NCBI GenBank assembly: GCA_043775535.1
Contig: JAYVSG010000127.1
Location: 1 to 44,829 of the forward strand
Direction: 5' to 3'
DNA length: 44,829 nt
Source of the DNA: Candidatus Omnitrophota bacterium
Lineage (GTDB): Bacteria; Omnitrophota; Gorgyraeia; Zapsychrales; Fredricksoniimonadaceae
The notes beneath the pieces were generated by a model. That model was not told the DNA's origin, did not search any database, and saw only the letters and a program-made list of their open reading frames with translations. Shown here in pieces: positions 8,654-18,992 of this stretch (positions within the stretch are counted from its first letter, which is position 1; every line of letters starts with the position of its first letter). A program made the translations under genes and the position numbers.

Positions 8654-11600
8654 ATGTTCCGCAAGGGTGCCATTTTTTGCCTTATCCTGTCCTTTTTCTC
8701 TTCGACCGTGATCGGGCCGGCCTATGCCCAGGGGGTGCAGGAATTGCCTGTGCCGGGTGCCATGGTTGCCTTAAGCCCGGCCTTTGAACCGGTCTTGCTT
8801 AAAGGCCTTAAGGTCGATCCCCAGAACCCATTCGCTTTTGATTTCATTGTGGATACCGGCAGCGATCCCGTCATTGCAAACGAAGAAAAGCAATCCCAAT
8901 TAAAAGCAGAGGCCGACACCCTGATCAAATATTTCATGGCCGCCATGACGGTGCCTGAGAAGGACCTGTGGGTCAACCTTTCGCCCTATGAAAAAGACCG
9001 TATGATCGCCCCTGATCTTGGGCAGACGGAAATGGGACGGGACATGCTGGCCCAGGATTATGTGCTCAAGCAATTGACCGCCTCGCTGATCTATCCGGAG
9101 AAAGAATTGGGCAAGACATTCTGGGACAAGGTTTATGCCAAGTCCCGCGAACTTTACGGCACCACCGAGATACCGGTCAATACGTTCAATAAGGTCTGGA
9201 TCGTCGCTGACCGCGCCGACGTCTTCGAACGCGGAAATACGGCGTATGTCACAGGTGCGCATCTTAAGGTCATGCTTGCGGAAGACTATACAGCTATACA
9301 GAAGCAGATAGTTAAAGCGGGTGACCCGAAGGCGGGGACCCCGTACGCCCGCAGCGTAAGCGAGGACGAACGGGGTGCCGCAGGGGCAGGACCCGCTTCA
9401 CTAGCTTCTCAGATCGTCCGCGAAGTCATCCTTCCTGAATTGGAAAAAGAAGTGAATGCCGGCCAGAACTTTGCGCCGCTTCGACAGATGTTCTATGCCA
9501 TGATCCTGGCCTCCTGGTACAAGACCGCCCTCAAGGATGCGGTCCTGACCCAGGTCTATGGCAACCAGGGTAAGGTTTCCGTCGGTGTCAATGCGATGGA
9601 TGAAGGGGAGAAGGACAAGATCTTCGAGCGTTACCTGCAGGCCTACAAGAAGGGTGTGTTCAATTATATCAAGGACACGGCCGCTCCCGATGGTACATCC
9701 ATCCCTCGCAAATATTTCTCCGGCGGTGCCGACTTTGCCATGCTGGGCCGACCTGGCTTCCTGCATCGCAGCCAGACCGAGCTGCCGGCATCCGGCCTGA
9801 TCACGGGCAAGGCCTTCAAGGTCAGCGGGGATGCGGCCATGAACAGCGGGTCGTCATCTGTGCCGGACCAGACGGAACATCCGGATTTTGGCAGAATGTT
9901 CGATGCGAATGCACTTCTTACCTTCACAAGAGAGGATGCATACATTGATCTTCACCATTTGGGAGCTGCCATCTGGGCGGGGTTTCAGAGCAACAAAGCA
10001 GGGGTCAAAGGGATCACCATTCAAGATAAATTTGTTCTGCCTAAGGCAATGTTTTATAAGCTTGACCCGGATGGATTGGCACTACCTCTGTCTCAAGAGG
10101 AGATATCCCGACTGCCTAAAGAGACAGGGGTTGTTCACTTGAGATTGGATGATAAGAACGAAGCGTTTGCCTTCTTGTCCGGCGGCACCATTGTACTGGC
10201 CACATCCGGTTTTTCGATCGCTCCGGAACAAGATGCGGGAGACCAGCAGGCGGTCATAGACCGCCAGCAGCCCTTATATGCCAAGATGGTTTTGCTCACG
10301 GATCCCCGGCAAGCCATACGCAAGATGCTTAGGGAAGAGTTTGAGAAAAAAGGAGCGGTGGTCACTGAATTTGTCGGTAAGGAAGAGGACATTGTGCATC
10401 ATATCAGGGGCATCGATCTGGTCGTCATGGATGCGAGTGATGGGGGAACGGAGGAATCCAAGGACATGGCTATAGAGACCGCCAAGTTCCTAAGTGCCCA
10501 GGGAACCCCCGTTATCATGTTTACGCAACAGGATCCCACAGAAATAAACGGAGAATTATGGCGCCGGGGGATAACGGCTTCGGTCAAGGTTGCCGTTGTT
10601 GCCAAACAGTCCGGGCCGGTAAATATCATGTGGCATGCACGGCGAATGATCGAGGAGAAGGACAAGGCAATGTTGAGCTTGGTCTCCAGACCGCAATTGG
10701 ATTTTATGACAGATGTGCAGCCGAGATTCGATGCATTTCAGAAAGCCATTGAAGAAGTCGAACGGCTCTATCAAAAGCCGTACACGGATAAAGAAGCCCT
10801 TGCCCTGCTTTATCAGGAGGCATGGAAGAACAGCGGGGATCAGGAATCTTTATGGAATGCCTTGGTGAAAATAGAAGGCCTGCAGGAGGGCTTTGACCAA
10901 TACGAGCTTTCTCTTTTCACGCCGAAATTTGGTAATGTCGTCGACAAAGAAGATGTGCCGGAGATCCTTGAGGCGCACATGCAGCGGTCCATGGACCAGG
11001 CATATGCCCGGATGAAGGTCACTTTTGACGAGAGGATCAAAGATGCAACGGATGGAGAGCTGGAGGGCTTTTACGGTCTTTTTAGATGGGCACAAACAGA
11101 ATATCTGCGCGCCTTGGAAGATCCTGAAGATGCCCAGATAGGCGTGATGGCCATGTCCGCGCTTAATGCGGCACATGATTATTTTAGGGACAGAGCTCTG
11201 GATCTTGCAATGACGTCAAAGCCGGGCTCCCTTAAGGAGTCGATATCTAAGCGCCTAGCCCACTTCAGGTCTGAGGGCAATCATGCTATGGCGGACAATA
11301 TGATCGTGCTGATGGCTGTGCTGGTGCACGGCAATACTGGACCTATCGACCTTAAACAGTATGCAACAGAAGACAAGCTGCAAGAATTGATCGAAGATTT
11401 TGCATCAGCCGTTAGAAAGATGGGCAATGGCCCTTCAGCCTTGAGAGGGTTCTTAGCTCGGGGTTATCCTGTAGTTAAGAATGTAACGACCTTGGCGCCG
11501 GCATTTAATTTGGAAGCGCTTGTTGTATTCAGCGGTGTAAGGCATCGGGACTCCGCCATGACCGCCATTGTGGGCAGGGACGGTCTTTTGGCGCTGCCGG

Positions 11601-13192
11601 TGGGCGCGCGGGCCATATTGTTCACGGAGTCGGAGCATGACAAAGAGCAGCACCGTGACCGGGTGGCGACGGTTCTACGCACAGATGCCGCCAAAGGCAC
11701 CATTACGTTCGCGATCCCCATGAAAGGCTGGCCAAAAGACATCGAGGAGGAATATTTTGTGGATGAGTTTGGCGGGGAACGCAGGCTGAAGCTGATCAAG
11801 GCTATCCCATTGTCGAGCGAAGATGAAGCCACATGGGAGGAAGGCAAGGCGCTGCTCAAGAAGATACACGCGGAATTCAATAGGTTCAATGAATTTGGGC
11901 GAAGCGTGAGCGGGAATTTCAATGGGCTTGGGCATTTGATGGGAGGGCTCAATTCCGTTCTTTACCAGGAGTATTCCGATGTCATGGCCATGAATGCCAT
12001 GGACAAGGACTCGGATGAGGAAATGTTGACATTGCTTAAGATCATCCGCCGGCAGGTGGACAAATATTCGGACCAACAGGCGCGGTCAAAGATCTTGTCC
12101 GAGGCAAAAGATTTTCTGGCAAGATACAAGAACGTGCATGGAGATTCACGCGACGGCATGAAGAACACTTATTTTCTGTCGCTGTTCATCCAGGAAGTAT
12201 TTGAGAATGACGAGGAGTATGGGCATTTCGTCGACCATTTGAAGGTAGTCAAAGGTACGTTGGATGCCCATTCTGAGCGTATCAAAGACATTATCTCAGG
12301 GTTCTATCAACGCGACCAGCCCGATACTGTTCGAGACCCGGCCATGATCGGTGAATGGCGCAAGACGCGGCAGAACTTCATTTATAAATTCGCATGGGAG
12401 AGGGATAACGATAGTGTCATATTGGCCGTCAGTCCTGACTACCAGGACGGCGCCCGCGATGGACAGATCATTTATGAGATATTTCCCGTCCCATGGAAAG
12501 GGCAAAGTGAACAGGATATCATGGGCTTATATAAGGGGCATGTCACACTGACCCTAAAAGAGGGGGTGGTGACCGGCTGGCAGTCATTGGCTATTTCACC
12601 GCGCCGTGAGAAGGAGATGCCTTGGCTTGTTGGTTTCCTGGAGAGCAAACTTGAGACCTTAAAAGGAAAAATCTTATACCATGAGGCTACGTTCAGGGAA
12701 TTCGTTGAGACCTTCGCTCCCCAAGAGAAGGAAATTGCGTTGAGGGTTATGCAGATGTATCTCACCTATCTTGCAGGGGATCTGCCTGAATTCAACAAAG
12801 CCTCCCTTCCCGATAGTGTGGACATCTTCTTGGAGCGTTTTACACATACATTTCATGCTAAAACATTTTCCGATTTTAGGGATGTCGCCTTCTTGATGAG
12901 CCCTCTGAAGTATCAGGAAATGGTCGACTTGAGCATTCGTAATATATACACACAGATGACAGGGAGGCTCTTGGTCGAGTTCCGTGACCCGGCCATGGCC
13001 GTTACACCCGGCGGTATCGACCTTGACCGCGCCAAGATGCAGATGAATATTGAGAAAGAGGGCGAAGGGGTCAGGATGAAACTCAACCAGGAGCTGGTCG
13101 ACCGCATCCGGCGCCAGGGTTTTGACGGCCTGGAATTCAATATCCGCACCATTGTGCCTATCATCGACCTCAGGCAATTCCTATTTGCTTGA
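8654..13192 (+). CDS. Giant secreted protein of unknown function (~1,512 aa)
   Basis: Single uninterrupted ORF, 8618-13192 in the track. I prefer the ATG at 8654 because it yields a canonical Sec leader, MFRKGAIFCLILSFFSSTVIGPAYA|QG. No catalytic family motif recognised. Confidence 0.8.
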   Translation: MFRKGAIFCLILSFFSSTVIGPAYAQGVQELPVPGAMVALSPAFEPVLLKGLKVDPQNPFAFDFIVDTGSDPVIANEEKQSQLKAEADTLIKYFMAAMTVPEKDLWVNLSPYEKDRMIAPDLGQTEMGRDMLAQDYVLKQLTASLIYPEKELGKTFWDKVYAKSRELYGTTEIPVNTFNKVWIVADRADVFERGNTAYVTGAHLKVMLAEDYTAIQKQIVKAGDPKAGTPYARSVSEDERGAAGAGPASLASQIVREVILPELEKEVNAGQNFAPLRQMFYAMILASWYKTALKDAVLTQVYGNQGKVSVGVNAMDEGEKDKIFERYLQAYKKGVFNYIKDTAAPDGTSIPRKYFSGGADFAMLGRPGFLHRSQTELPASGLITGKAFKVSGDAAMNSGSSSVPDQTEHPDFGRMFDANALLTFTREDAYIDLHHLGAAIWAGFQSNKAGVKGITIQDKFVLPKAMFYKLDPDGLALPLSQEEISRLPKETGVVHLRLDDKNEAFAFLSGGTIVLATSGFSIAPEQDAGDQQAVIDRQQPLYAKMVLLTDPRQAIRKMLREEFEKKGAVVTEFVGKEEDIVHHIRGIDLVVMDASDGGTEESKDMAIETAKFLSAQGTPVIMFTQQDPTEINGELWRRGITASVKVAVVAKQSGPVNIMWHARRMIEEKDKAMLSLVSRPQLDFMTDVQPRFDAFQKAIEEVERLYQKPYTDKEALALLYQEAWKNSGDQESLWNALVKIEGLQEGFDQYELSLFTPKFGNVVDKEDVPEILEAHMQRSMDQAYARMKVTFDERIKDATDGELEGFYGLFRWAQTEYLRALEDPEDAQIGVMAMSALNAAHDYFRDRALDLAMTSKPGSLKESISKRLAHFRSEGNHAMADNMIVLMAVLVHGNTGPIDLKQYATEDKLQELIEDFASAVRKMGNGPSALRGFLARGYPVVKNVTTLAPAFNLEALVVFSGVRHRDSAMTAIVGRDGLLALPVGARAILFTESEHDKEQHRDRVATVLRTDAAKGTITFAIPMKGWPKDIEEEYFVDEFGGERRLKLIKAIPLSSEDEATWEEGKALLKKIHAEFNRFNEFGRSVSGNFNGLGHLMGGLNSVLYQEYSDVMAMNAMDKDSDEEMLTLLKIIRRQVDKYSDQQARSKILSEAKDFLARYKNVHGDSRDGMKNTYFLSLFIQEVFENDEEYGHFVDHLKVVKGTLDAHSERIKDIISGFYQRDQPDTVRDPAMIGEWRKTRQNFIYKFAWERDNDSVILAVSPDYQDGARDGQIIYEIFPVPWKGQSEQDIMGLYKGHVTLTLKEGVVTGWQSLAISPRREKEMPWLVGFLESKLETLKGKILYHEATFREFVETFAPQEKEIALRVMQMYLTYLAGDLPEFNKASLPDSVDIFLERFTHTFHAKTFSDFRDVAFLMSPLKYQEMVDLSIRNIYTQMTGRLLVEFRDPAMAVTPGGIDLDRAKMQMNIEKEGEGVRMKLNQELVDRIRRQGFDGLEFNIRTIVPIIDLRQFLFA

Positions 13193-13216
13193 CAATGTGT
13201 CCCCTTTCCTTATAAT
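13189..13216 (+). promoter_or_regulatory. Consensus sigma70-type promoter upstream of carA
   Basis: TTGACA (13189-13194), a 16-nt spacer, then TATAAT (13211-13216). It lies ~70 nt upstream of the carA ATG, and the -35 overlaps the stop of the giant gene. Confidence 0.6.
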
Positions 13217-13283
13217 TGGAAGGGCTTGGAAGAAAAGTTTCCCGCCACGCTGATTCCCATACGATTTTTAAGCAATAGGATCA

Positions 13284-14378
13284 ATGAAAGACGCCATACT
13301 ATATCTTGAAGACGGCGCTATTTTCCGCGGCCGGACTTTAAAAGAAACCGGAGAAACTGCAGGCGAAGCTGTCTTTAACACCGCGATGAGCGGGTACCAG
13401 GAAGTTTTGACCGACCCTTCCTATACCGGCCAGATCGTGGTGATGACCTATCCGCTGATCGGCAATTACGGCATCAACGACGACGACAACGAGTCTGACA
13501 AGGTCCACGTCAAAGGCTTTGTGGTCAAGGAATTCTGCCGCCGCCATTCCAATTGGCGCGCCACCAAAAGCCTCACCGAATATCTCAACGACAACAAGAT
13601 TATTGCCATGGAAGGGGTCGATACCCGCGCCCTGACCCGGCACCTGCGTGATGCCGGGGCCATGAAGGCCATGATTTCGACCGAAGACTTTGATCCTGCC
13701 AGTTTGAAACAAAAATTGGCCGCCATCCCTTCCATGGAAGGCGCGGACCTGGTCAAGGATGTCACCACCCCTAAGAAGTATGTGTGGAAGGCCAAGGGCC
13801 CGCGCAAATACAAGATCGCGGCCATTGATTGCGGCATCAAATGGAACATCCTGCGCATCCTGGCGGACTTGGGCTGTGAGACCCACGTCTTCCCGGCCAC
13901 GGCCACCCACAAAGAACTCATGTCGGTTAAGCCTGACGGCTTATTCCTGTCCAACGGCCCTGGCGACCCGGCGGTCGTGACCTATGTCACCAAGACGGTC
14001 CAAGAATCATTAGGGCAGCTGCCTATCTTCGGCATTTGCTTGGGCAACCAGATCCTCGGCCTTGCCTTGGGCGGCACCACCTATAAATTGAAATTCGGCC
14101 ATCACGGCGCGAATCACCCGGTCAAAGATCTTGAGGGCAACCGCATCGGCATCACTTCCCAGAACCATGGCTTCTGTGTGGACATCAAGAGCCTGGACCC
14201 CAAGGAAGTGGAAGTCATCCATACCAATTTGAACGACCAAAGCGTCGAGGGCATACGCCACAAGCGCCACCAGGCCTTTTCCATCCAGTACCATCCAGAA
14301 AGCGCGCCGGGCCCCCACGATTCCCAATATTTATTCAAGCAGTTCATCGATATGATCGAGGCGAAGAAGAATGCCTAA
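13284..14378 (+). CDS. carA: Carbamoyl-phosphate synthase small (glutaminase) subunit
   Basis: 364 aa. [14 protein letters not shown] (nucleophile Cys), HHGANHPV and QYHPE triad motifs. Confidence 0.95.
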   Translation: MKDAILYLEDGAIFRGRTLKETGETAGEAVFNTAMSGYQEVLTDPSYTGQIVVMTYPLIGNYGINDDDNESDKVHVKGFVVKEFCRRHSNWRATKSLTEYLNDNKIIAMEGVDTRALTRHLRDAGAMKAMISTEDFDPASLKQKLAAIPSMEGADLVKDVTTPKKYVWKAKGPRKYKIAAIDCGIKWNILRILADLGCETHVFPATATHKELMSVKPDGLFLSNGPGDPAVVTYVTKTVQESLGQLPIFGICLGNQILGLALGGTTYKLKFGHHGANHPVKDLEGNRIGITSQNHGFCVDIKSLDPKEVEVIHTNLNDQSVEGIRHKRHQAFSIQYHPESAPGPHDSQYLFKQFIDMIEAKKNA

Positions 14379-17300
14379 GCGCACAGACTTAAAGAAAATA
14401 CTCATCATCGGCGCCGGCCCCATCGTCATTGGTCAGGCGTGTGAGTTCGACTATTCCGGTTCCCAGGCCTGCAAGGCGTTGAAGGAGGAAGGTTACCAGG
14501 TCGTTCTGGTCAATTCCAATCCCGCGACCATCATGACCGACCCGGAGATCGCGGACGCCACCTATGTCGAGCCTTTGACCCCGGAATTCATCGAGAAGGT
14601 TATCCAGAAAGAACGTCCCGACGCTATTTTGCCGACCTTAGGCGGGCAGACGGGCCTGAACCTTGCCATGAAGCTCTATGAGCAGGGCATCCTGGCCAAA
14701 TACCATGTGGAAATGCTGGGCGCCAAATATGAAGTGATCAAGAAGGCCGAAGACCGCAGCGAATTCAAGGCTGCTGCGATCAAGGTGGGTCTGGATGTGC
14801 CCAAGAGCCTCTTTGCCTATAATGTCGAAGAGGCCAAGAAGGCCGCGGAAACCATGGGCTTTCCCTGTATCATCCGTGCGTCCTTTACCCTGGGAGGAAC
14901 CGGCGGCGGCATTTGCCGTGACATGGAAGAATTCGAACGTGTCGCGGCCTTGGGGATCGAAAGCTCCATGACCCATGAGATCCTGATCGAGGAATCCATT
15001 GAAGGCTGGAAGGAATATGAACTTGAACTGATGCGTGACGGCGCGGACAATGTGGTCATCGTCTGTTCCATCGAGAATCTAGACCCCATGGGCGTCCACA
15101 CCGGCGACAGCATCACGGTCGCCCCTGCACAGACTTTGTCCGATGCTGAATACCAGACCATGCGCGATCATTCCATCCGCCTGATCCGTGAGATCGGTGT
15201 TGAGACCGGCGGTTCCAATATCCAATTCGCCGTTGATCCCAAGGACGGCCGCATGGTCGTCATTGAAATGAACCCGCGCGTGTCCCGTTCCTCGGCTCTG
15301 GCTTCCAAGGCCACAGGTTTCCCCATTGCCAAGTTCGCGGCCAAACTCGCCGTTGGTTATTCGCTCGATGAGATCCAGAACGACATCACGCGTGAGACCC
15401 CGGCCTGTTTCGAGCCGTCCATCGACTATGTGGTGGTCAAGATCCCGCGCTTCACCTTTGAGAAATTTCCGGAAGCAAAAGACATTTTAGGCATCCAGAT
15501 GAAATCCGTGGGCGAGACCATGGCCATCGGTCGCAATTTCAAGGAAGCCCTGCAAAAAGGCCTACGTGGCCTTGAGATCGACCATATCGGCCTCGACAAC
15601 AAGCAGGATTTCAGGGACATTGAGGACGAGAAGGTGCGCCTGCGCCTCAAGGAACCCAATGCCTCACGCATCTTTTATTTGAAATATGCCCTGCAAAAAG
15701 GCTGGTCCATCGACGATGTGTCCAAGATCAGCCTGATCGATCCCTGGTTCATCGACCAGATTGCCCAGATCCTCGAGCTTGAGAACCATTTGAAGGCCGT
15801 GGTCGCTGCTACCGGCACCGTCAGCCCGGAGCTGCTGCGCCAGGCTAAGGAATACGGGTTTTCCGACGCCCAATTGGGTGAGTTCCTCGAGAAGAGCGAG
15901 AAGGATGTGCGCGCGCTGCGCAAGGACATGGGCGTCGTCGCCACCTTCAAGGTGGTCGATACCTGTGCCGCTGAGTTCGAGGCCTATACGCCGTATTATT
16001 ATTCCACCTATGAGACCGAGGACGAAGCGGTGCTCAACAATGCCCGCCGCAAAAGCAAAAAGAAGAAGATCATGATCCTGGGCGGTGGTCCCAACCGCAT
16101 CGGCCAGGGGATCGAATTCGATTACTGCTGCTGCCATGCCTCGTTCGCGCTCAAGGACATGGGATTCGAGACCATCATGGTCAATTCCAATCCGGAGACC
16201 GTGTCGACCGACTACGATACTTCCGACCGTCTGTATTTCGAACCGCTGACCTTTGAAGACGTGATGAATATCTATGACATCGAGAAGCCCGACGGTGTGA
16301 TCGTGCAATTCGGCGGCCAGACGCCTTTGAACCTGGCCCGCAGGCTGCACCAGGCCGGGGTGCCCATCATAGGCACATCGGTCGATTCCATCGACATGGC
16401 CGAGAACCGCGAACATTTTTCGAAGCTGATCACCGAAATGAAGATCGCCCAACCGGCCAATGCCTCGACCACCACCAAGGACGAGACCCTGGCCGCGGCG
16501 CTCAAGGTCGGCTATCCAGTCCTGGTGCGTCCTTCATTCGTCCTGGGCGGACGGGCCATGCGCATTGTCTATGATGAAGAATCACTGCGGTCATTCTTGG
16601 ATGAGGTCCATAGCGTTTCGCGCGGCCATCCGGTCTTGATCGATAAGTTCTTGGAAGACGCACAGGAAGTGGACGTGGATGCCATCTGCGACGGGGAAGA
16701 TGTCTTCGTTGCCGGCGTCATGGAACATATTGAGAATGCAGGCATCCATTCCGGCGATTCCGCCTGTGTGCTGCCGCCGCACACCTTGAGCGAGGAAGTC
16801 ATCAAGGACATCAAGGCACATACCGTGCGTCTGGCCATGGCCCTCAAGGTTATCGGTCTTTTGAATATCCAGTTCGCGGTCAAGGGACGCCAGGTCTATG
16901 TGCTGGAAGTCAACCCGCGCGCCTCACGCACGTCGCCCTTTGTGTCCAAGGCCACGGGCGTGCCGCTGGCCAAGATCGCGGCCCAGATCATGGCCGGGAA
17001 GAAATTGAAGGAATACGACCTGCCCAACCCCGACGACCTTAAATATTTCGCGGTCAAGGAATCGGTATTGCCGTTTTCGCGCTTCTCAGGCGTTGACATC
17101 ATCCTGGGACCGGAGATGAAATCCACCGGCGAGGTCATGGGCACGGCGCCGACCTTTGGCGTGGCCTTTGCCAAGGCGCAGATCTCGGCCAACCAGTCGC
17201 TGCCCACATCGGGCACCGTCTTTATCAGCGTCAATGAACAGGACAAGCGCCAGGTGGCCTTCATGGCCAAGAAGCTGGCCGACCTCAAGTTCAAGATCTT

Positions 17301-17619
17301 CGCGACCAAGGGAACATCTAAGGTCTTGCGTTCCGCCGGGCTTTCGGTCACCATCGTCGACAAGGCCCAGGAGGGTGAAAATAATGCCTTGACCTTGGTC
17401 AAGAAAGGTGAGATAAACTTAATTATCAATACGCCTTCGGGTAAGAAGAGCCAGAGCGACATGCGCTCCATCCGCGCGGCTTCGATCCTGCACAATATCC
17501 CCTGCATCACTACCTTGCAGGGTGCCTGGGCCGCGGTCAACGGCATTGAGGCGATCCTTAAAGAAGAATTCACCGTCGAACCATTACAGACGCTGTACCA
17601 GACAAAGGTGGTTGTATAA
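14371..17619 (+). CDS. carB: Carbamoyl-phosphate synthase large subunit
   Basis: 1082 aa. [33 protein letters not shown], a duplicated ATP-grasp halves pattern, and a C-terminal MGS-like domain. 8-nt overlap with carA. Confidence 0.95.
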   Translation: MPKRTDLKKILIIGAGPIVIGQACEFDYSGSQACKALKEEGYQVVLVNSNPATIMTDPEIADATYVEPLTPEFIEKVIQKERPDAILPTLGGQTGLNLAMKLYEQGILAKYHVEMLGAKYEVIKKAEDRSEFKAAAIKVGLDVPKSLFAYNVEEAKKAAETMGFPCIIRASFTLGGTGGGICRDMEEFERVAALGIESSMTHEILIEESIEGWKEYELELMRDGADNVVIVCSIENLDPMGVHTGDSITVAPAQTLSDAEYQTMRDHSIRLIREIGVETGGSNIQFAVDPKDGRMVVIEMNPRVSRSSALASKATGFPIAKFAAKLAVGYSLDEIQNDITRETPACFEPSIDYVVVKIPRFTFEKFPEAKDILGIQMKSVGETMAIGRNFKEALQKGLRGLEIDHIGLDNKQDFRDIEDEKVRLRLKEPNASRIFYLKYALQKGWSIDDVSKISLIDPWFIDQIAQILELENHLKAVVAATGTVSPELLRQAKEYGFSDAQLGEFLEKSEKDVRALRKDMGVVATFKVVDTCAAEFEAYTPYYYSTYETEDEAVLNNARRKSKKKKIMILGGGPNRIGQGIEFDYCCCHASFALKDMGFETIMVNSNPETVSTDYDTSDRLYFEPLTFEDVMNIYDIEKPDGVIVQFGGQTPLNLARRLHQAGVPIIGTSVDSIDMAENREHFSKLITEMKIAQPANASTTTKDETLAAALKVGYPVLVRPSFVLGGRAMRIVYDEESLRSFLDEVHSVSRGHPVLIDKFLEDAQEVDVDAICDGEDVFVAGVMEHIENAGIHSGDSACVLPPHTLSEEVIKDIKAHTVRLAMALKVIGLLNIQFAVKGRQVYVLEVNPRASRTSPFVSKATGVPLAKIAAQIMAGKKLKEYDLPNPDDLKYFAVKESVLPFSRFSGVDIILGPEMKSTGEVMGTAPTFGVAFAKAQISANQSLPTSGTVFISVNEQDKRQVAFMAKKLADLKFKIFATKGTSKVLRSAGLSVTIVDKAQEGENNALTLVKKGEINLIINTPSGKKSQSDMRSIRAASILHNIPCITTLQGAWAAVNGIEAILKEEFTVEPLQTLYQTKVVV

Positions 17620-18992
17620 TGTGCGGTATCGTCGGTATCTCCCACCATAAAGAAGCAGGCAAGATGGCCTTCCTTGGCCTTTATGCCCTCCAGCATCGGG
17701 GCGAAGAGGCGGCCGGCATCGTGTCCTATGACGGCAAGGACACCCACATGATCAAGAAGGTGGGGCTTGCGGTCGATAATTTCGATGAAAACGACATGTC
17801 CAGGTTAAAAGGCCACGTCGCCATCGCCCACACGCGTTATTCCACCACCGGCTCTTCCAGCAACAAGAACATACAGCCCATTTTAGTAACCCACCGCAAG
17901 AAACCCATTGCCATCGCCCATAACGGGAATTTGACCAACACCGAGGAGCTCTACGCGAAGCTCGAGGATGAGGGGTCCATTTTCCAGACCTCCATGGATT
18001 CCGAGATCGTCGTGCATCTTTTGGCCAAGTCGGCCAATGGCGACTTGAAGACCTGGTTTTCCAAGGTGCTGGCCCAGCTCAAGGGTTCTTTCTCTGCGAT
18101 CTTCCTTTATGAAGACTACATCATTGGCGCACGTGATCCCCAAGGTTTTCGCCCGCTCAGCCTTGGGAAACTGGGGGACGGATACATCCTCGCTTCGGAG
18201 AGCTGCGCCTTTGACCTCATGAAGGCCGAATACGTGCGCGAGATCGAACCGGGTGAGATCGTCATCATCAAGGGGAACAAGATCGAGTCCGTGTTCCTTC
18301 CTGGCGCCAAGCAGGAACGTAAGCGCCAATGTGTTTTTGAGAATGTCTATTTTGCCCGTCCCGACAGCCATATCTTCGACGACAATGTGTACCAGGTGAG
18401 AAAACGCCTGGGTGCGCAATTGGCCAAGGAACACCCGGCCCAAGCAGATTTTGTCATGGGCATCCCCGATTCTGGGAATTACGCCGCCTTAGGGTTCGCC
18501 CAGCAATTAGGGATCCCTTTCGAGATCGGCATGATCAGGAACCACTATATCGGCCGCACCTTCATCCAGCCGACCCAGTTCCTGCGTGAGTTCCGGGTCC
18601 GGGTCAAGCTCAACCCCATTCGGGAGATGATCAAGGGCAAGAAGGTGATCGTGGTCGAGGATTCCATCGTGCGCGGTACCACGTCGAGGAATCGTATCGA
18701 AGAGATCCGCCAGGCCGGGGCCAAGGAGATCCACATGCGCATTTCCTGCCCGCCCATCAAGTCGCCCTGTTTTTATGGCATTGATTTCCCGTCCAAGGGG
18801 GAATTGATCGCGTATAACAAGACGGTCAAGGAGATCGCGGATTTCATCCAGGTGGACTCGTTGGGTTTTTTGAGCCTCGAGGGCATGCTCGGCGTCATGA
18901 AGGACAAGGACGCCTTCTGTTCTTCGTGTTTTACCGGCGATTATCCGGTGCATATCCCGACAAACAGCGATAAACTGCGGTTGGAGCCATGA
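17619..18992 (+). CDS. purF: Amidophosphoribosyltransferase
   Basis: 457 aa. MCGIVG Ntn nucleophile, the PRPP loop [13 protein letters not shown], and the C-terminal Cys cluster. TAATG overlap with carB. Confidence 0.95.
   Translation: MCGIVGISHHKEAGKMAFLGLYALQHRGEEAAGIVSYDGKDTHMIKKVGLAVDNFDENDMSRLKGHVAIAHTRYSTTGSSSNKNIQPILVTHRKKPIAIAHNGNLTNTEELYAKLEDEGSIFQTSMDSEIVVHLLAKSANGDLKTWFSKVLAQLKGSFSAIFLYEDYIIGARDPQGFRPLSLGKLGDGYILASESCAFDLMKAEYVREIEPGEIVIIKGNKIESVFLPGAKQERKRQCVFENVYFARPDSHIFDDNVYQVRKRLGAQLAKEHPAQADFVMGIPDSGNYAALGFAQQLGIPFEIGMIRNHYIGRTFIQPTQFLREFRVRVKLNPIREMIKGKKVIVVEDSIVRGTTSRNRIEEIRQAGAKEIHMRISCPPIKSPCFYGIDFPSKGELIAYNKTVKEIADFIQVDSLGFLSLEGMLGVMKDKDAFCSSCFTGDYPVHIPTNSDKLRLEP

Noticed and set aside
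15664-17747. Two long minus-strand ORFs (15664-16452, 262 aa; 16896-17747, 283 aa)
   Set aside because: Both are antisense to carB, whose identity is unambiguous over its whole length. They are shadow frames.
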